Part shown: piece by piece, positions 19,953-29,174 of the stretch
Position numbering within the stretch: the stretch's first letter is position 1
Layout: each line of letters begins with the position of its first letter
Source of the DNA: Deltaproteobacteria bacterium
Lineage (GTDB): Bacteria > Desulfobacterota > Desulfomonilia > UBA1062
Assembly (NCBI GenBank): GCA_011046135.1
Contig: DSBG01000136.1
Coordinates: forward strand, 9,696-73,695
Direction of reading: 5' to 3'
Length of the DNA: 64,000 bases
Translations under genes and position numbers: made by a program
Notes under the pieces: model-generated
The model's input: the letters and a program-made list of their open reading frames with translations, nothing else
What the model was told of the DNA's origin: nothing
Databases searched by the model: none

Positions 19953-20642
19953 TCATGTTTCATGGTTGCCGGTCTTCTGTGATCCCTTCTCGATATCGAT
20001 GATGGTGTGTCCTCCGGGATAGGTCTTCGTGGCGTAGTCGGTGATCTGTTCCATCTTCCGGATGATATCACGGATCTCCCGTGACTGTGCCAGAATCTCA
20101 TTCGCCGATTGACGAACCTCTTCATCCTGTGTGCTCCTGAGAATAGCGTTTGCCTCTCCCATCAACACGGTAAGCGGCTGGAACACCTCGTGCGAGGTAG
20201 TACTGGCGATCTGTGAACCCACTTCATACACCTTGAGCCGTTCCTTCTCCCGCCTCAGGGCAATGAAATCGAAGGCCCTCTTCACGGTAAACCTCAGCAG
20301 GTCGGAGCCGAATGGCTTGATGATATAGTCGTAGGCCCCCAGGCGTTGTGCCTCGATGACATTATCGATACTGGCAAAACCCGTAACAACCACAACGAGC
20401 GAATTCAACGCTTTCTTGCGAATAAAATCGATGACAGCCATGCCATCCACATCAGGCATCCTCAAGTCGGTTATTACCACAGGATACTCCCGCTCAGAGA
20501 GAAGGCGGATACCCATCACGCCGCCGAGGGCCGTAACAACCGTCACTCCCATCTCGGCGAGAATATCCTCCATGAGGTAACAGTCACCCTCATCATCATC
20601 GATAATGAGCACCACTTTCTCTTCGGGGGAGAGAGATTTCAT
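19953..20642 (-). CDS. Response regulator receiver fused to a HisKA-like (DHp) helix pair, no ATPase domain
   Basis: LIIDDD, ITDLRMP, VTG, IKPF; C-terminal SHEVFQPLT H-box. Confidence 0.85.
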   Translation of the reverse strand: MKSLSPEEKVVLIIDDDEGDCYLMEDILAEMGVTVVTALGGVMGIRLLSEREYPVVITDLRMPDVDGMAVIDFIRKKALNSLVVVVTGFASIDNVIEAQRLGAYDYIIKPFGSDLLRFTVKRAFDFIALRREKERLKVYEVGSQIASTTSHEVFQPLTVLMGEANAILRSTQDEEVRQSANEILAQSREIRDIIRKMEQITDYATKTYPGGHTIIDIEKGSQKTGNHET

Positions 20643-20775
20643 ATAGTTCCATAGATACGGAAAACCCCGGAAACTATCAAGCCCGGATTGAAAGACTGCC
20701 GCCTAGTGAATTCTTGGGAAACCGTGTGAGAACAGTCTGGTGCATCGATTCTTGAGAATCGTCGGCCATTATTAC

Positions 20776-21015
20776 TCAGTTATCATTCTTGGTAAGTTCG
20801 ATACTCCCCAGGTAGGAATGAACAAGGGCAACCACGGGGGCAGACAGCGGGTCATCATGTTCATCGTATTCCACCACGAATCTCTCTCCTGCGAAATAAA
20901 TCACTACAGGCCTCACGTCTTCCCACTTTTCCAAGAGACTCTCCCTGTACTCCATCACTGTCTTCCCTGACACTCTTTTCACGCTCATGTACTCAATGGT
21001 ATCGGATAGTTTCAC
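20776..21015 (-). CDS. Small hypothetical protein
   Basis: AGGAG RBS before GTG; co-oriented between the FlhG-like and receiver genes; globular-looking composition. Confidence 0.5.
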   Translation of the reverse strand: MKLSDTIEYMSVKRVSGKTVMEYRESLLEKWEDVRPVVIYFAGERFVVEYDEHDDPLSAPVVALVHSYLGSIELTKNDN

Positions 21016-21037
21016 GACTCCTGGAGCATGTTGCTGC

Positions 21038-22261
21038 TCAGCTTATGCCGAAGATAGTGGCAAATCGGGAAAACCCGCTCTTGAATCCCTGTTCCGAGGT
21101 TCTCTTTTCCGGCGGTTCACTGATGCTTCTTCCCAGGTACTCGAGACACTGGGAAGATTTACTCGCCGGATACAGATCCGTGATCAGCTTCCTCTGCATC
21201 TCGGCATTTCGGAAACCATCCTTGTCAAACAGGACACCGCCCAAGTATTCCGGTTTCACGGAGAACGTCGTTTCGAAGGCGTTGATACGTTCGTTGATTG
21301 TCTGGCAGATCCTGTTGAAGATGAATATGCCCTGATTCAGACTGGTGATTTGATTCATTACCACGAGAGGCACATACACCTTCTGGGGAACATAGAATTC
21401 AACATCCCTGAGAAGTCTTTCTTCGATTGTCTTGAATCTCTGGAATGATGCCTTGATACAGGCGTACCCTGCAATGATATCCTGCGGCGTCGTGACAATG
21501 AGGCTCTCATCTGAGGCCATGGCAAAATCAAGCACGACTGCCGAGATCCCCGCAGAGAGATCGAAGATGGTTATGTCATACTGCTGGCTGATCTTTCTGA
21601 ACTGTCTAATAAACTTCGAGCGTTGGACATAGTTTATATTGGCGAGCTTGAATTCACCGGAGCTTCCCGCCACAAGGTCAAACCCGTAGGGGGTGTGCTC
21701 CACCATCTGGTCAAGATCGATATCGCCCAGGAGAAAATCATAGAGCGTGTAATCGGGAAACAGTGCCAGTTTATTGGAGATGTCCGCATTTCCAAGATCC
21801 GCATCGATGAGAAGTACGCCTTTCCCCTGATTGTACATGATCCTGGCAACATTGGCGGCAATGTGGGTTTTCCCGACGCCGCCCTTGTTTGAGATGATCG
21901 AGAGGATTCTACCTTCTCTCTTGCTCTCGGTCTTTTTCGTCATGGCCCTGTCATCCCTGGGAACATCGCTGGTGTAGTGGAGGGCAATGGCTTTCTGGAT
22001 TGCATCCTTCTCTGCAAGCGCAACGTATACCTTTTTCCCCATGCGCTGAGAGAGGGCATCCATGCGTTCCTTTGTATCAGGATCACTGATGGCTACGAGA
22101 ACACCCTTGTCGAGAAACCTGATGGGCAGACTGTTATGTTCCCTGGCATAGTCAGCATGGAGGAGTTCCAGGCACTTCCTGTCGGGAATCTCTCTGGTAA
22201 GGTCGATAAACGGTATCCCATATTTTCGTGCACGTGCCCTGATTTCTCTGTCTTCGCCCAT
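21038..22261 (-). CDS. MinD/FlhG(FleN)-family ATPase with N-terminal GspE/PilB-type (T2SSE_N) domain
   Basis: N-terminal YGIPFIDL..IPD..LELL..DYAREH..LP...VAISDP...AI..HY; deviant Walker A KGGVGKT, LIDADLG, AGSSG, DLSAGIS, VTTP. Confidence 0.85.
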   Translation of the reverse strand: MGEDREIRARARKYGIPFIDLTREIPDRKCLELLHADYAREHNSLPIRFLDKGVLVAISDPDTKERMDALSQRMGKKVYVALAEKDAIQKAIALHYTSDVPRDDRAMTKKTESKREGRILSIISNKGGVGKTHIAANVARIMYNQGKGVLLIDADLGNADISNKLALFPDYTLYDFLLGDIDLDQMVEHTPYGFDLVAGSSGEFKLANINYVQRSKFIRQFRKISQQYDITIFDLSAGISAVVLDFAMASDESLIVTTPQDIIAGYACIKASFQRFKTIEERLLRDVEFYVPQKVYVPLVVMNQITSLNQGIFIFNRICQTINERINAFETTFSVKPEYLGGVLFDKDGFRNAEMQRKLITDLYPASKSSQCLEYLGRSISEPPEKRTSEQGFKSGFSRFATIFGIS

Positions 22262-22304
22262 TGAAACCCTCTTCTCGGATCTTCGGAAAAAAGGGTGGGA
22301 AGCT

Positions 22305-24863
22305 TTAATCCGGATTTAAAACCCTGTCTTTGAGAGATTGGAGAATGCTGATGGCATCGATGGGCCTGAGACGCTCGACATCGATGTGGAGAAGTTCCTC
22401 GATGATCTGTGAATATTCATCCTCGAACAGACTCTGCTGTACCGGGCCCTGCTCATGCACAACCGGTACGGTCCTGCTCTTTTTTCCAATTCCGGCAAGC
22501 AGTATCCGTGCCTTTTCCACCACCTCTTCGGGTATACCCGCGAGCCGGGCCACATGGATCCCGTAGCTCCTGCCGATCGCTCCACGTTTGAGTGCCCGGA
22601 GGAAGACCACCTCTCCCCCCGTCTCATCCACAGCCATGTGGTAGTTTTTGATCCCCTGGTGCCTTCGTGCCAGATCGGCGAGTTCGTGGTAGTGCGTTGC
22701 GAAAAAGGTACGGATGCACTGCTTGTCGAGATATTCAGCCACTGCCCATGCGAGTGACATCCCGTCATAGGTGGAGGTTCCCCGTCCGATCTCGTCCAGG
22801 ATGACCAGGCTGTGGGGCGTGGCATTGTTGAGGATATCTGCTGTCTCGCTCATCTCCACGAGAAACGTGCTCTGCCCTGCTGAGAGATTGTCCAGGGCGC
22901 CGATCCTGGTGAAAATCCTGTCAACGATTCCGATGGTTGCCTCCCTGGCAGGGACAAAGGATCCCATCTGAGCCATGAGGGAGATGAGTGCAACCTGTCT
23001 CATGAAGGTTGATTTCCCCGCCATGTTGGGACCGGTAATGATATGGATGGTATCTCTCTCCCCCTTGAAAGAACAGGAGTTGGGTACGAACTCTCCGCTC
23101 TTGAGCACCCTCTCCACTACGGGGTGCCTTCCTGAAATGATCTCCATGGTCCTGTCCAGAGTGATCTCGGGACGGGCGTATCCGTACTCGAGGGCCACCT
23201 GAGCAAAATTTGCCAGGACATCGATACTGGAAATGGCATCCACCGTTCTCTTGAGCTCCACAGTGAAACCCACGAGGTACTCCCGGAGCTCGGCAAAGAT
23301 TCTCATTTCAATCTGAGTGATTGCGTCCTGGGCTCCCAGGAGCTTGGCCTCGTACTCCTTGAGCTCTGGCGTGATGTAACGCTCGGCGTTGGTGAGCGTC
23401 TGCTTGCGTATGTAATGCTGGGGAGCTTTCTCAGCGGTCGCCTTCGATACCTCGATGTAGTATCCGAACACTTTATTGAAGCCGATCTTGAGTGTGTTGA
23501 TACCAGTGGCCTGGCGTTCCCGTGTCTCCAGAGATGCCAGGTACTGCTTCGAATCTCGCCTGAGCAGACGCAGGTCATCGAGCTCCTCGTCCACACCCGA
23601 TGCGATCACTCCCGTGTCGGAAAGCTTGTTCGGCGGATCAGGAACAAGGGTGCGGAAGATTCGGGAACGAACCTCATCGAGGTCATCGAGCCTCTCCCTG
23701 AGCTCAGCGAGAAGACCTGAGGATGCCGGGTCTATCATCTCCTGTATGCGGGGTACCTGCTCCAGCCCGCCACCCAGAGCCACTATATCCCGGGGAGAGG
23801 CACTCCCGGCACAGATCCTGCCGATGATGCGCTCCATGTCAGGAATCCCACCCAGGAGAACCCGGAGGCCTGAAAGCAGGTCTTTCCTCGCACACAGAGC
23901 CTCCACGGCATCGTGCCTGCGGGATATCCCGTCGATGTCCATGTGGGGGAAACACATCCAGTCAGCCAGCTTTCTCGCTCCCATCGAGGTGCACGTGTGA
24001 TTGAGCACCGAAAACAGGGTGTTCTTCTTCTCCCCGGTGATTGCATCGAACAGTTCGAGATTCCTCGTGGTAGTGGAACCGAGGATCATGAATCTTCCGG
24101 GGTTATAGAACCTCAGCGCAGTGATGTGGGCAAGCGCTGCCTTCTGTGTCTGTCTGACATAGTCGAGCACCATTGCCGAGGCCGTAAGGGCTTCGTCTCT
24201 GTCCTTCAGGCCGAGCCCATCGATACCGACGGTTCCGAAATGCTCCGAGAGAATCTCAACAGCCCTTTCGGTTTCCAGGGGGACGCTTACCGGGGTAACG
24301 AAAAACCCCTCGGGTATAATCCGGGTATCCGTCACAATGATCTCACTTGGACAGACTCGGTGGAGTTCATTGATGAAGTCCAGACTGGAAGCCACCTCCG
24401 TCGCCCTGAAGTCTCCCGTGGAGATATCGATGAATGCAACGCCGATCATTTCCTGCCTCGGGTTCTTGCTCACGGCCATGAGGTAATTCGCCCTGTCGTT
24501 TAACAGGTGCCTGTCATCTGTGAGCAGTCCCGGGGTGATGACCTGGACAACCTCGCGGTGTACAAGCCCACGCTCAGAGGCTCCAGATTGACTCTGTTCA
24601 CAGATAGCCACCTTCATACCCATCCGGATGAGCCGGGAGATGTATGCCGATGCACTGTGATAGGGAACCCCGCACATGGGAACGGGATTGTCCTTGTTCT
24701 TGTCTCGTGTGGTCAGCGCAATTCCAAGAATCCGCGATGCTTCACGGGCATCCTCGTGGAACATCTCGTAGAAATCTCCCATACGATAGAACAGGATGGC
24801 ATCTTTGTGCTGTTCCTTGATGGTACGGTACTGCTGCATCATGGGAGTGATGTTCGTCATCAT
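22305..24863 (-). CDS. mutS: DNA mismatch repair protein MutS
   Basis: TPMMQQY, RMGDFYEMF, GRHPVVE, TGPNMAGKST, STFLVEM, DEIGRGTST, FATHYHEL, QQSLF clamp-binding motif. Confidence 0.98.
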   Translation of the reverse strand: MMTNITPMMQQYRTIKEQHKDAILFYRMGDFYEMFHEDAREASRILGIALTTRDKNKDNPVPMCGVPYHSASAYISRLIRMGMKVAICEQSQSGASERGLVHREVVQVITPGLLTDDRHLLNDRANYLMAVSKNPRQEMIGVAFIDISTGDFRATEVASSLDFINELHRVCPSEIIVTDTRIIPEGFFVTPVSVPLETERAVEILSEHFGTVGIDGLGLKDRDEALTASAMVLDYVRQTQKAALAHITALRFYNPGRFMILGSTTTRNLELFDAITGEKKNTLFSVLNHTCTSMGARKLADWMCFPHMDIDGISRRHDAVEALCARKDLLSGLRVLLGGIPDMERIIGRICAGSASPRDIVALGGGLEQVPRIQEMIDPASSGLLAELRERLDDLDEVRSRIFRTLVPDPPNKLSDTGVIASGVDEELDDLRLLRRDSKQYLASLETRERQATGINTLKIGFNKVFGYYIEVSKATAEKAPQHYIRKQTLTNAERYITPELKEYEAKLLGAQDAITQIEMRIFAELREYLVGFTVELKRTVDAISSIDVLANFAQVALEYGYARPEITLDRTMEIISGRHPVVERVLKSGEFVPNSCSFKGERDTIHIITGPNMAGKSTFMRQVALISLMAQMGSFVPAREATIGIVDRIFTRIGALDNLSAGQSTFLVEMSETADILNNATPHSLVILDEIGRGTSTYDGMSLAWAVAEYLDKQCIRTFFATHYHELADLARRHQGIKNYHMAVDETGGEVVFLRALKRGAIGRSYGIHVARLAGIPEEVVEKARILLAGIGKKSRTVPVVHEQGPVQQSLFEDEYSQIIEELLHIDVERLRPIDAISILQSLKDRVLNPD

Positions 24864-25240
24864 GGATCCCGGTCATGCTCCTGAAGTTCCCTCAGGCGCC
24901 GATCTTCTTCTTCCTGTTCCTTGAATTCCCTCAGGCTGAACGACTTGAATCGCTCCACGAACTTCGGATGATTCATATATTTCAGATTGGTTGACAGGAA
25001 TGACTCTTTTATACGCTGTGCCACCTCGTCCACCTCTGCGGCATGAACAGCCTGCCTCTTGAGCACCCGGGTTTTCCTGAGACGGTTCCCCCCGCAATAC
25101 CTCCTGAGCTCCTGATCTTCTTCGGAGAGATCCACGACCATGCTGATTTCAAGATGTATGAGATACAGGGTTCCTGTCAGAACCCTGGACTTGTCATCCA
25201 CCTCCACGACAACACCGTTTTTCAGAGTGATCGTTTCCAT
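24860..25240 (-). CDS. Hypothetical protein translationally coupled to mutS
   Basis: Stop overlaps the mutS start (ATGA); charged globular sequence (D.SR...G..Y...Y..HP.F). Confidence 0.7.
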   Translation of the reverse strand: METITLKNGVVVEVDDKSRVLTGTLYLIHLEISMVVDLSEEDQELRRYCGGNRLRKTRVLKRQAVHAAEVDEVAQRIKESFLSTNLKYMNHPKFVERFKSFSLREFKEQEEEDRRLRELQEHDRDP

Positions 25241-25310
25241 CGTCACAAAGAAATAATACGAGCGCGGAGACAAAAGCAACAACGAGCTGAAAAATGTAAG
25301 CGGCACCAAG

Positions 25311-25420
25311 CACTTTCTCCCCCGTACTCACTGAAGACCAGAGTGTCATAGAAAAATTATTGCAGGAACCCCGGCTCACCCAGCTCTTTCTCCCCGTACT
25401 CGTTGAGGACAGGGAGAGCT
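25311..25420. repeat. Two degenerate copies of a ~35-40 bp hairpin-capable element
   Basis: CACTTTCTCCCCCGTACTCACTGAAGACCAGAGTG (25311-25345) and AGCTCTTTCTCCCCGTACTCGTTGAGGACAGGGAGAGCT (25382-25420) share the TTTCTCCCCGTACTC core. Confidence 0.55.
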
Positions 25421-25454
25421 AGGTGATCATCGAGGAAGAGCGGATCCGGGATGA

Positions 25455-26237
25455 TCAGAACATGCCCAGGGAGGAAATCATGAACTCCCAGGCCTTTGCC
25501 AGCGCTCCGCTCATGAACAGCGGGAGCAGGGAGATGACAAAGGTGGTGAACGTCAGCCCTACTGCGATGGTGAGGGGAAAGGCCATGAGAAACACGTTCA
25601 TCTGGGGCAGGGCCCTGGCGATTATGGCAAAGGCGACATTGATGAGCAGAAGGACTCCGATGATCGGGGAAGCCACCTTGACACCGATCATGAACATCTG
25701 ACCACCGTAGGCCAGACAGCCGAGCAGGAAGGAGCGCTGGGGAAAAGAGGCATCGAGGGGAATCAGGTAGTAGCTCTCCACCAGGGCCTTGATGAGCATG
25801 TGTTCACCGCCGATGGCGAAGAACAGAAGAAAGGCGGTGATGTACATCACGTTCGAGGTGATGGGGGCGTCGATTCCTGTCATGGGATCCACCACGTTGG
25901 CAATGGCGAAGCCCATCTGAAATCCGGCGATTTCCCCTGCAATCTGAATGCCTGCAAAAATGATGGTTACGGCGAGGCCGAGGCTCATGCCGATGAGCGC
26001 CTCATGAAGCAGAAAAACAAGGAGGGTGAGCACATTGATATCCTCTGCACGGATGAGAGGAGAAGGCACCATCGGGACGAGCACCAGGCTCAGGAAAAAA
26101 GCGAGGATGGCGGTGATTCTCCTGGGTATGAGCTCGGCGCTGAAAAACGGTATCATCGCGAAGATGATGCCCACCCTCAGAAAGATAAAGACAAACGTGA
26201 GGGTGTCCTGCCACGCCAGTGATAACAGCTCGTTCAT
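25455..26237 (-). CDS. fliR: Flagellar export apparatus protein FliR
   Basis: FLRV..P.F, AG...GFQMGF, DP, ARALPQMNVF..FP. Confidence 0.95.
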   Translation of the reverse strand: MNELLSLAWQDTLTFVFIFLRVGIIFAMIPFFSAELIPRRITAILAFFLSLVLVPMVPSPLIRAEDINVLTLLVFLLHEALIGMSLGLAVTIIFAGIQIAGEIAGFQMGFAIANVVDPMTGIDAPITSNVMYITAFLLFFAIGGEHMLIKALVESYYLIPLDASFPQRSFLLGCLAYGGQMFMIGVKVASPIIGVLLLINVAFAIIARALPQMNVFLMAFPLTIAVGLTFTTFVISLLPLFMSGALAKAWEFMISSLGMF

Positions 26238-26503
26238 CGGATCAGGAAGGGGATGTTGTTGAAAAGGTTCGTGGTATAGGTCGTAAGCTTTTCAATGATC
26301 CAGGGAAGAGAAAAGAGCAGTGCGAGGAACACAGCGATAATCTTGGGAACAAAGGTGAGTGTCATCTCCTGGATCTGGGTTACCGCTGAAAACACGCTGA
26401 TGCTCAGTCCCACGATCAGACCGATCAGGAGCATCGGCGCTCCCACCATCAATGCGAGCTTGATCGCCTCGGACATGATCGTGCTCACGGTTTCGGGGGT
26501 CAT
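26234..26503 (-). CDS. fliQ: Flagellar export protein FliQ
   Basis: VGL.IS.F.AVTQIQEMTLTFVPKI; ATG at 26503 overlaps the fliP stop. Confidence 0.95.
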   Translation of the reverse strand: MTPETVSTIMSEAIKLALMVGAPMLLIGLIVGLSISVFSAVTQIQEMTLTFVPKIIAVFLALLFSLPWIIEKLTTYTTNLFNNIPFLIR

Positions 26504-27258
26504 CCCACAAATCCCCGCAACAGAGATCCCACAAGAAGATTCCATCCATCAACCAGCACAAAGAGCATGACCTTGAAGGGGAGCGATATCATGATGGGCG
26601 GCAGCATCATCATACCCATGGACAGCAGAATAGAGGATACAACCATGTCGATGATCAGGAATGGGACGAACAGGATGAATCCGATCTGAAACGCTGTTTT
26701 CAGTTCGCTGATCATGAATGCAGGGATCAGCGCCCTTGTCGGAACCTCTTCCCTGTTCTCAGGTTTTGCCTGTTTCATGATGCCCAGGAACAGGGAGAGA
26801 TCCTTCTCGCGGGTCTGCCGGAACATGAACTCTCTCAGCGGTGTCTCCGCATTATTCAATGCCTGGGAAAAAGAGATATACCCGTTCTGGTAGGGGACGA
26901 TGGCCTGTTCGTTGATACTGTCGATGGTCGGAGACATGATGAAGAACGTCAAAAAAATGGCAAGGGCGGTAAGAACCTGCATCGGGGGCATCTGCTGGGT
27001 TCCCAGAGCCTGACGGAGAAACCCGAGAACCACCACGGTCCTGGTAAACGAGGTGACCATGATCATGATGGAGGGAGCCAGCGCAAGGATGGTGAGGATG
27101 AAGAGGACCTGGAGGACACCCATCACCTCTTCGGGGTTCTGTGCTTCCTGCACACCGAAGTTAATACTGGGAATCTGAATTTCCTGGGCAGAGAGAATTC
27201 CCGGGAGAAAAACCAGGGCAAGAGTGAGTGTAAGGGCTCGGTTCGACATGATGCTCAT
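26500..27258 (-). CDS. fliP: Flagellar export pore protein FliP
   Basis: TSFTR, LRQALGTQQMPP, PAFMISELKTAFQIGF, MGMMMLPP, LPFK..LFVLVDGW. Confidence 0.97.
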   Translation of the reverse strand: MSIMSNRALTLTLALVFLPGILSAQEIQIPSINFGVQEAQNPEEVMGVLQVLFILTILALAPSIMIMVTSFTRTVVVLGFLRQALGTQQMPPMQVLTALAIFLTFFIMSPTIDSINEQAIVPYQNGYISFSQALNNAETPLREFMFRQTREKDLSLFLGIMKQAKPENREEVPTRALIPAFMISELKTAFQIGFILFVPFLIIDMVVSSILLSMGMMMLPPIMISLPFKVMLFVLVDGWNLLVGSLLRGFVG

Positions 27259-27635
27259 AGATTCCCCTGGGCGGTCTTCATCTCGTCAAGAGCTTTTTCA
27301 AAATCCCCTCCCTCCATGTCCTTGATCAGGGAGATACTGTTGGAGGTTACCCCGAGGAGCAGGATGGATTTTCCAACCCGTACGAGGGCAAGGTGTGATT
27401 TGGCACCGAGGGCCATCTGACCGAGGATGTCGAGCCCGAGATTTTTCTTGACCCGCGCCACAGGTCCGTACCGCTTCAGGACCCATGCCAGAAAGAAGAG
27501 CAGTGCCATGACCGCAATCAGGGCACTCAGAGCCCTGAGGCTCATTCCTGCGAGGGGAACCTCAGCGCAGTGGAGTTCTCCACACGGGACAACAAGAAGT
27601 ACGAGAAGCGTCAACAGGGTCGAAAAACACTTCAT
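27255..27635 (-). CDS. fliO: Flagellar biosynthesis protein FliO
   Basis: TM segment then LG.K..LVRVGK.ILLLGVT..I; lies between fliN and fliP. Confidence 0.9.
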   Translation of the reverse strand: MKCFSTLLTLLVLLVVPCGELHCAEVPLAGMSLRALSALIAVMALLFFLAWVLKRYGPVARVKKNLGLDILGQMALGAKSHLALVRVGKSILLLGVTSNSISLIKDMEGGDFEKALDEMKTAQGNL

Positions 27636-28162
27636 GCCAATCTCTTCACCCTTTCGAGGGGGCTCACGATGTCGGTGATTCTGATTCCGAATTTTTCGCT
27701 CACCACAACCACTTCCCCTCGTGCAACGAGTTTGCTGTTAACGAGGATATCGAGGGGTTCCCCCGCAAGCCTGTTCAATTCGATGACAGATCCCTGTCCG
27801 AGCTGGAGCAGATCGTTGATGAGCATCTTTGTCTTTCCCATTTCAACCGTTACCTCCAGCGGGATATCAAGAATGAAATCGAGATCTTGCGCCGATCCCG
27901 AGACCGAATGTTCACCAAGATCATCAAACCGGTGTTTTGCCCTGTTCCCGCTAACATCATCTTCCATTGTTTTCTCTTCACCTTCCTCCAGGGATTTGGC
28001 CCACTCCTGTGCAAGCGCCTCCTGATCCATGTCACGAACGTTTTCCAGCTGTGCGCTGTCCTCAGGCTGCTCTTCGATGGCATCACGAGGGAGCGGGGAA
28101 TTCGCCAGGGCGGTTTCGTCTCCTTCAAGGGCATCTGTGATATTCTTCTCTTCCTCGGCCAT
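27632..28162 (-). CDS. fliN: Flagellar motor switch protein FliN
   Basis: LDFILDIPLEVTVEMG, LGQGSVIEL.RLAGEPLDILVN, GEVVVV..KFGIRITDI. Confidence 0.95.
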   Translation of the reverse strand: MAEEEKNITDALEGDETALANSPLPRDAIEEQPEDSAQLENVRDMDQEALAQEWAKSLEEGEEKTMEDDVSGNRAKHRFDDLGEHSVSGSAQDLDFILDIPLEVTVEMGKTKMLINDLLQLGQGSVIELNRLAGEPLDILVNSKLVARGEVVVVSEKFGIRITDIVSPLERVKRLA

Positions 28163-28172
28163 TGTTTCCTCC

Positions 28173-29165
28173 TTAGTAGCGCTGTCTGTCGATGGTTCCC
28201 ACAATGTCAACTGCAAGATTCTCTTTCATCTTGCCAGGCCTGCCATGAAATTTCGGTTGGTTCTGAACCTTTACGACGATGGGATCGCATGCATCCCTGT
28301 CGAGAACAAGGACATTGCCCGGTCTGAGGGAGACCAGTTCCCTTGGGGTAATGTATGTTTTCCCGAGCTCAGCACTCAGTTCCACGTTTACCCCGACGAG
28401 TTCATTCTTGAGCCTGTTTACCCATGCCCTGTCCACGCTTGTTTTTTCTTCTGCATGGAAACTTGCATAGAGTCGTTCACGGATAGGCTCCAGGAGCATG
28501 TAGGGAATGCAGACCATGATGTTTCCACTCGCATCCTCCATCTCGACATCGAACTGAGCAACCACCAGGACCTCTTCGTTCGAGATGATACCGGCAAACT
28601 GCGGGTTCATCTCACTTCTGACATAGGAGAATTCTAGGCTGTAAACGGGTTGCCACGCCGCGGCGAGTTCCTTGATGGCTGCAGAGACAACCTTGTAGAG
28701 CATCCTCTGTTCGATGGGGGTGAACTCTCTTCCCTCCACCTTCATGGATCCCGAACCTTTTCCTCCAAAAAAACAGTCAATGAGTGCGAAGACCAGCTTC
28801 GTTTCCAGAACCACCAGTGCGTTTCCCCGCAGCGGTTCCACCTTGATGATGTGAATGCTCGTGGGCACCGGCAGCGACCTCATGAAGTTCCCGAACTTCA
28901 GCGTGTCAAGAGATACCGGAGTAAGGTCAACCATGCGCCTGAGCATGCTTGAGAGCGAATTTCTGAAAAATCGGGCAAACCGGTCGTGTATCGCATCAAG
29001 CGATGGCATACGACCCCTGATGACCTTGTCCTGGGCGGTGAAATCATAGACGTGCACCTCCGATGAGCCCAGAGCACTCGAGATGTCCCTCTCGGTTTCA
29101 ATTTCTCCACCGACAACCCCCTTCAAGAGGGCATCAACTTCTTCCTGGGTGAGAATCTGTCCCAT
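28173..29165 (-). CDS. fliM: Flagellar motor switch protein FliM
   Basis: ILTQEEVDALL CheY-binding motif, YDF, FFGGKG, EGREFT.IE. Confidence 0.97.
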   Translation of the reverse strand: MGQILTQEEVDALLKGVVGGEIETERDISSALGSSEVHVYDFTAQDKVIRGRMPSLDAIHDRFARFFRNSLSSMLRRMVDLTPVSLDTLKFGNFMRSLPVPTSIHIIKVEPLRGNALVVLETKLVFALIDCFFGGKGSGSMKVEGREFTPIEQRMLYKVVSAAIKELAAAWQPVYSLEFSYVRSEMNPQFAGIISNEEVLVVAQFDVEMEDASGNIMVCIPYMLLEPIRERLYASFHAEEKTSVDRAWVNRLKNELVGVNVELSAELGKTYITPRELVSLRPGNVLVLDRDACDPIVVKVQNQPKFHGRPGKMKENLAVDIVGTIDRQRY

Positions 29166-29174
29166 GCATCAACC

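Noticed and set aside
25311-25420. Possible mini-CRISPR (two similar ~35-bp units with a ~36-bp gap)
   Set aside because: Only two poorly matching copies, no cas genes or leader; kept only as a degenerate repeat
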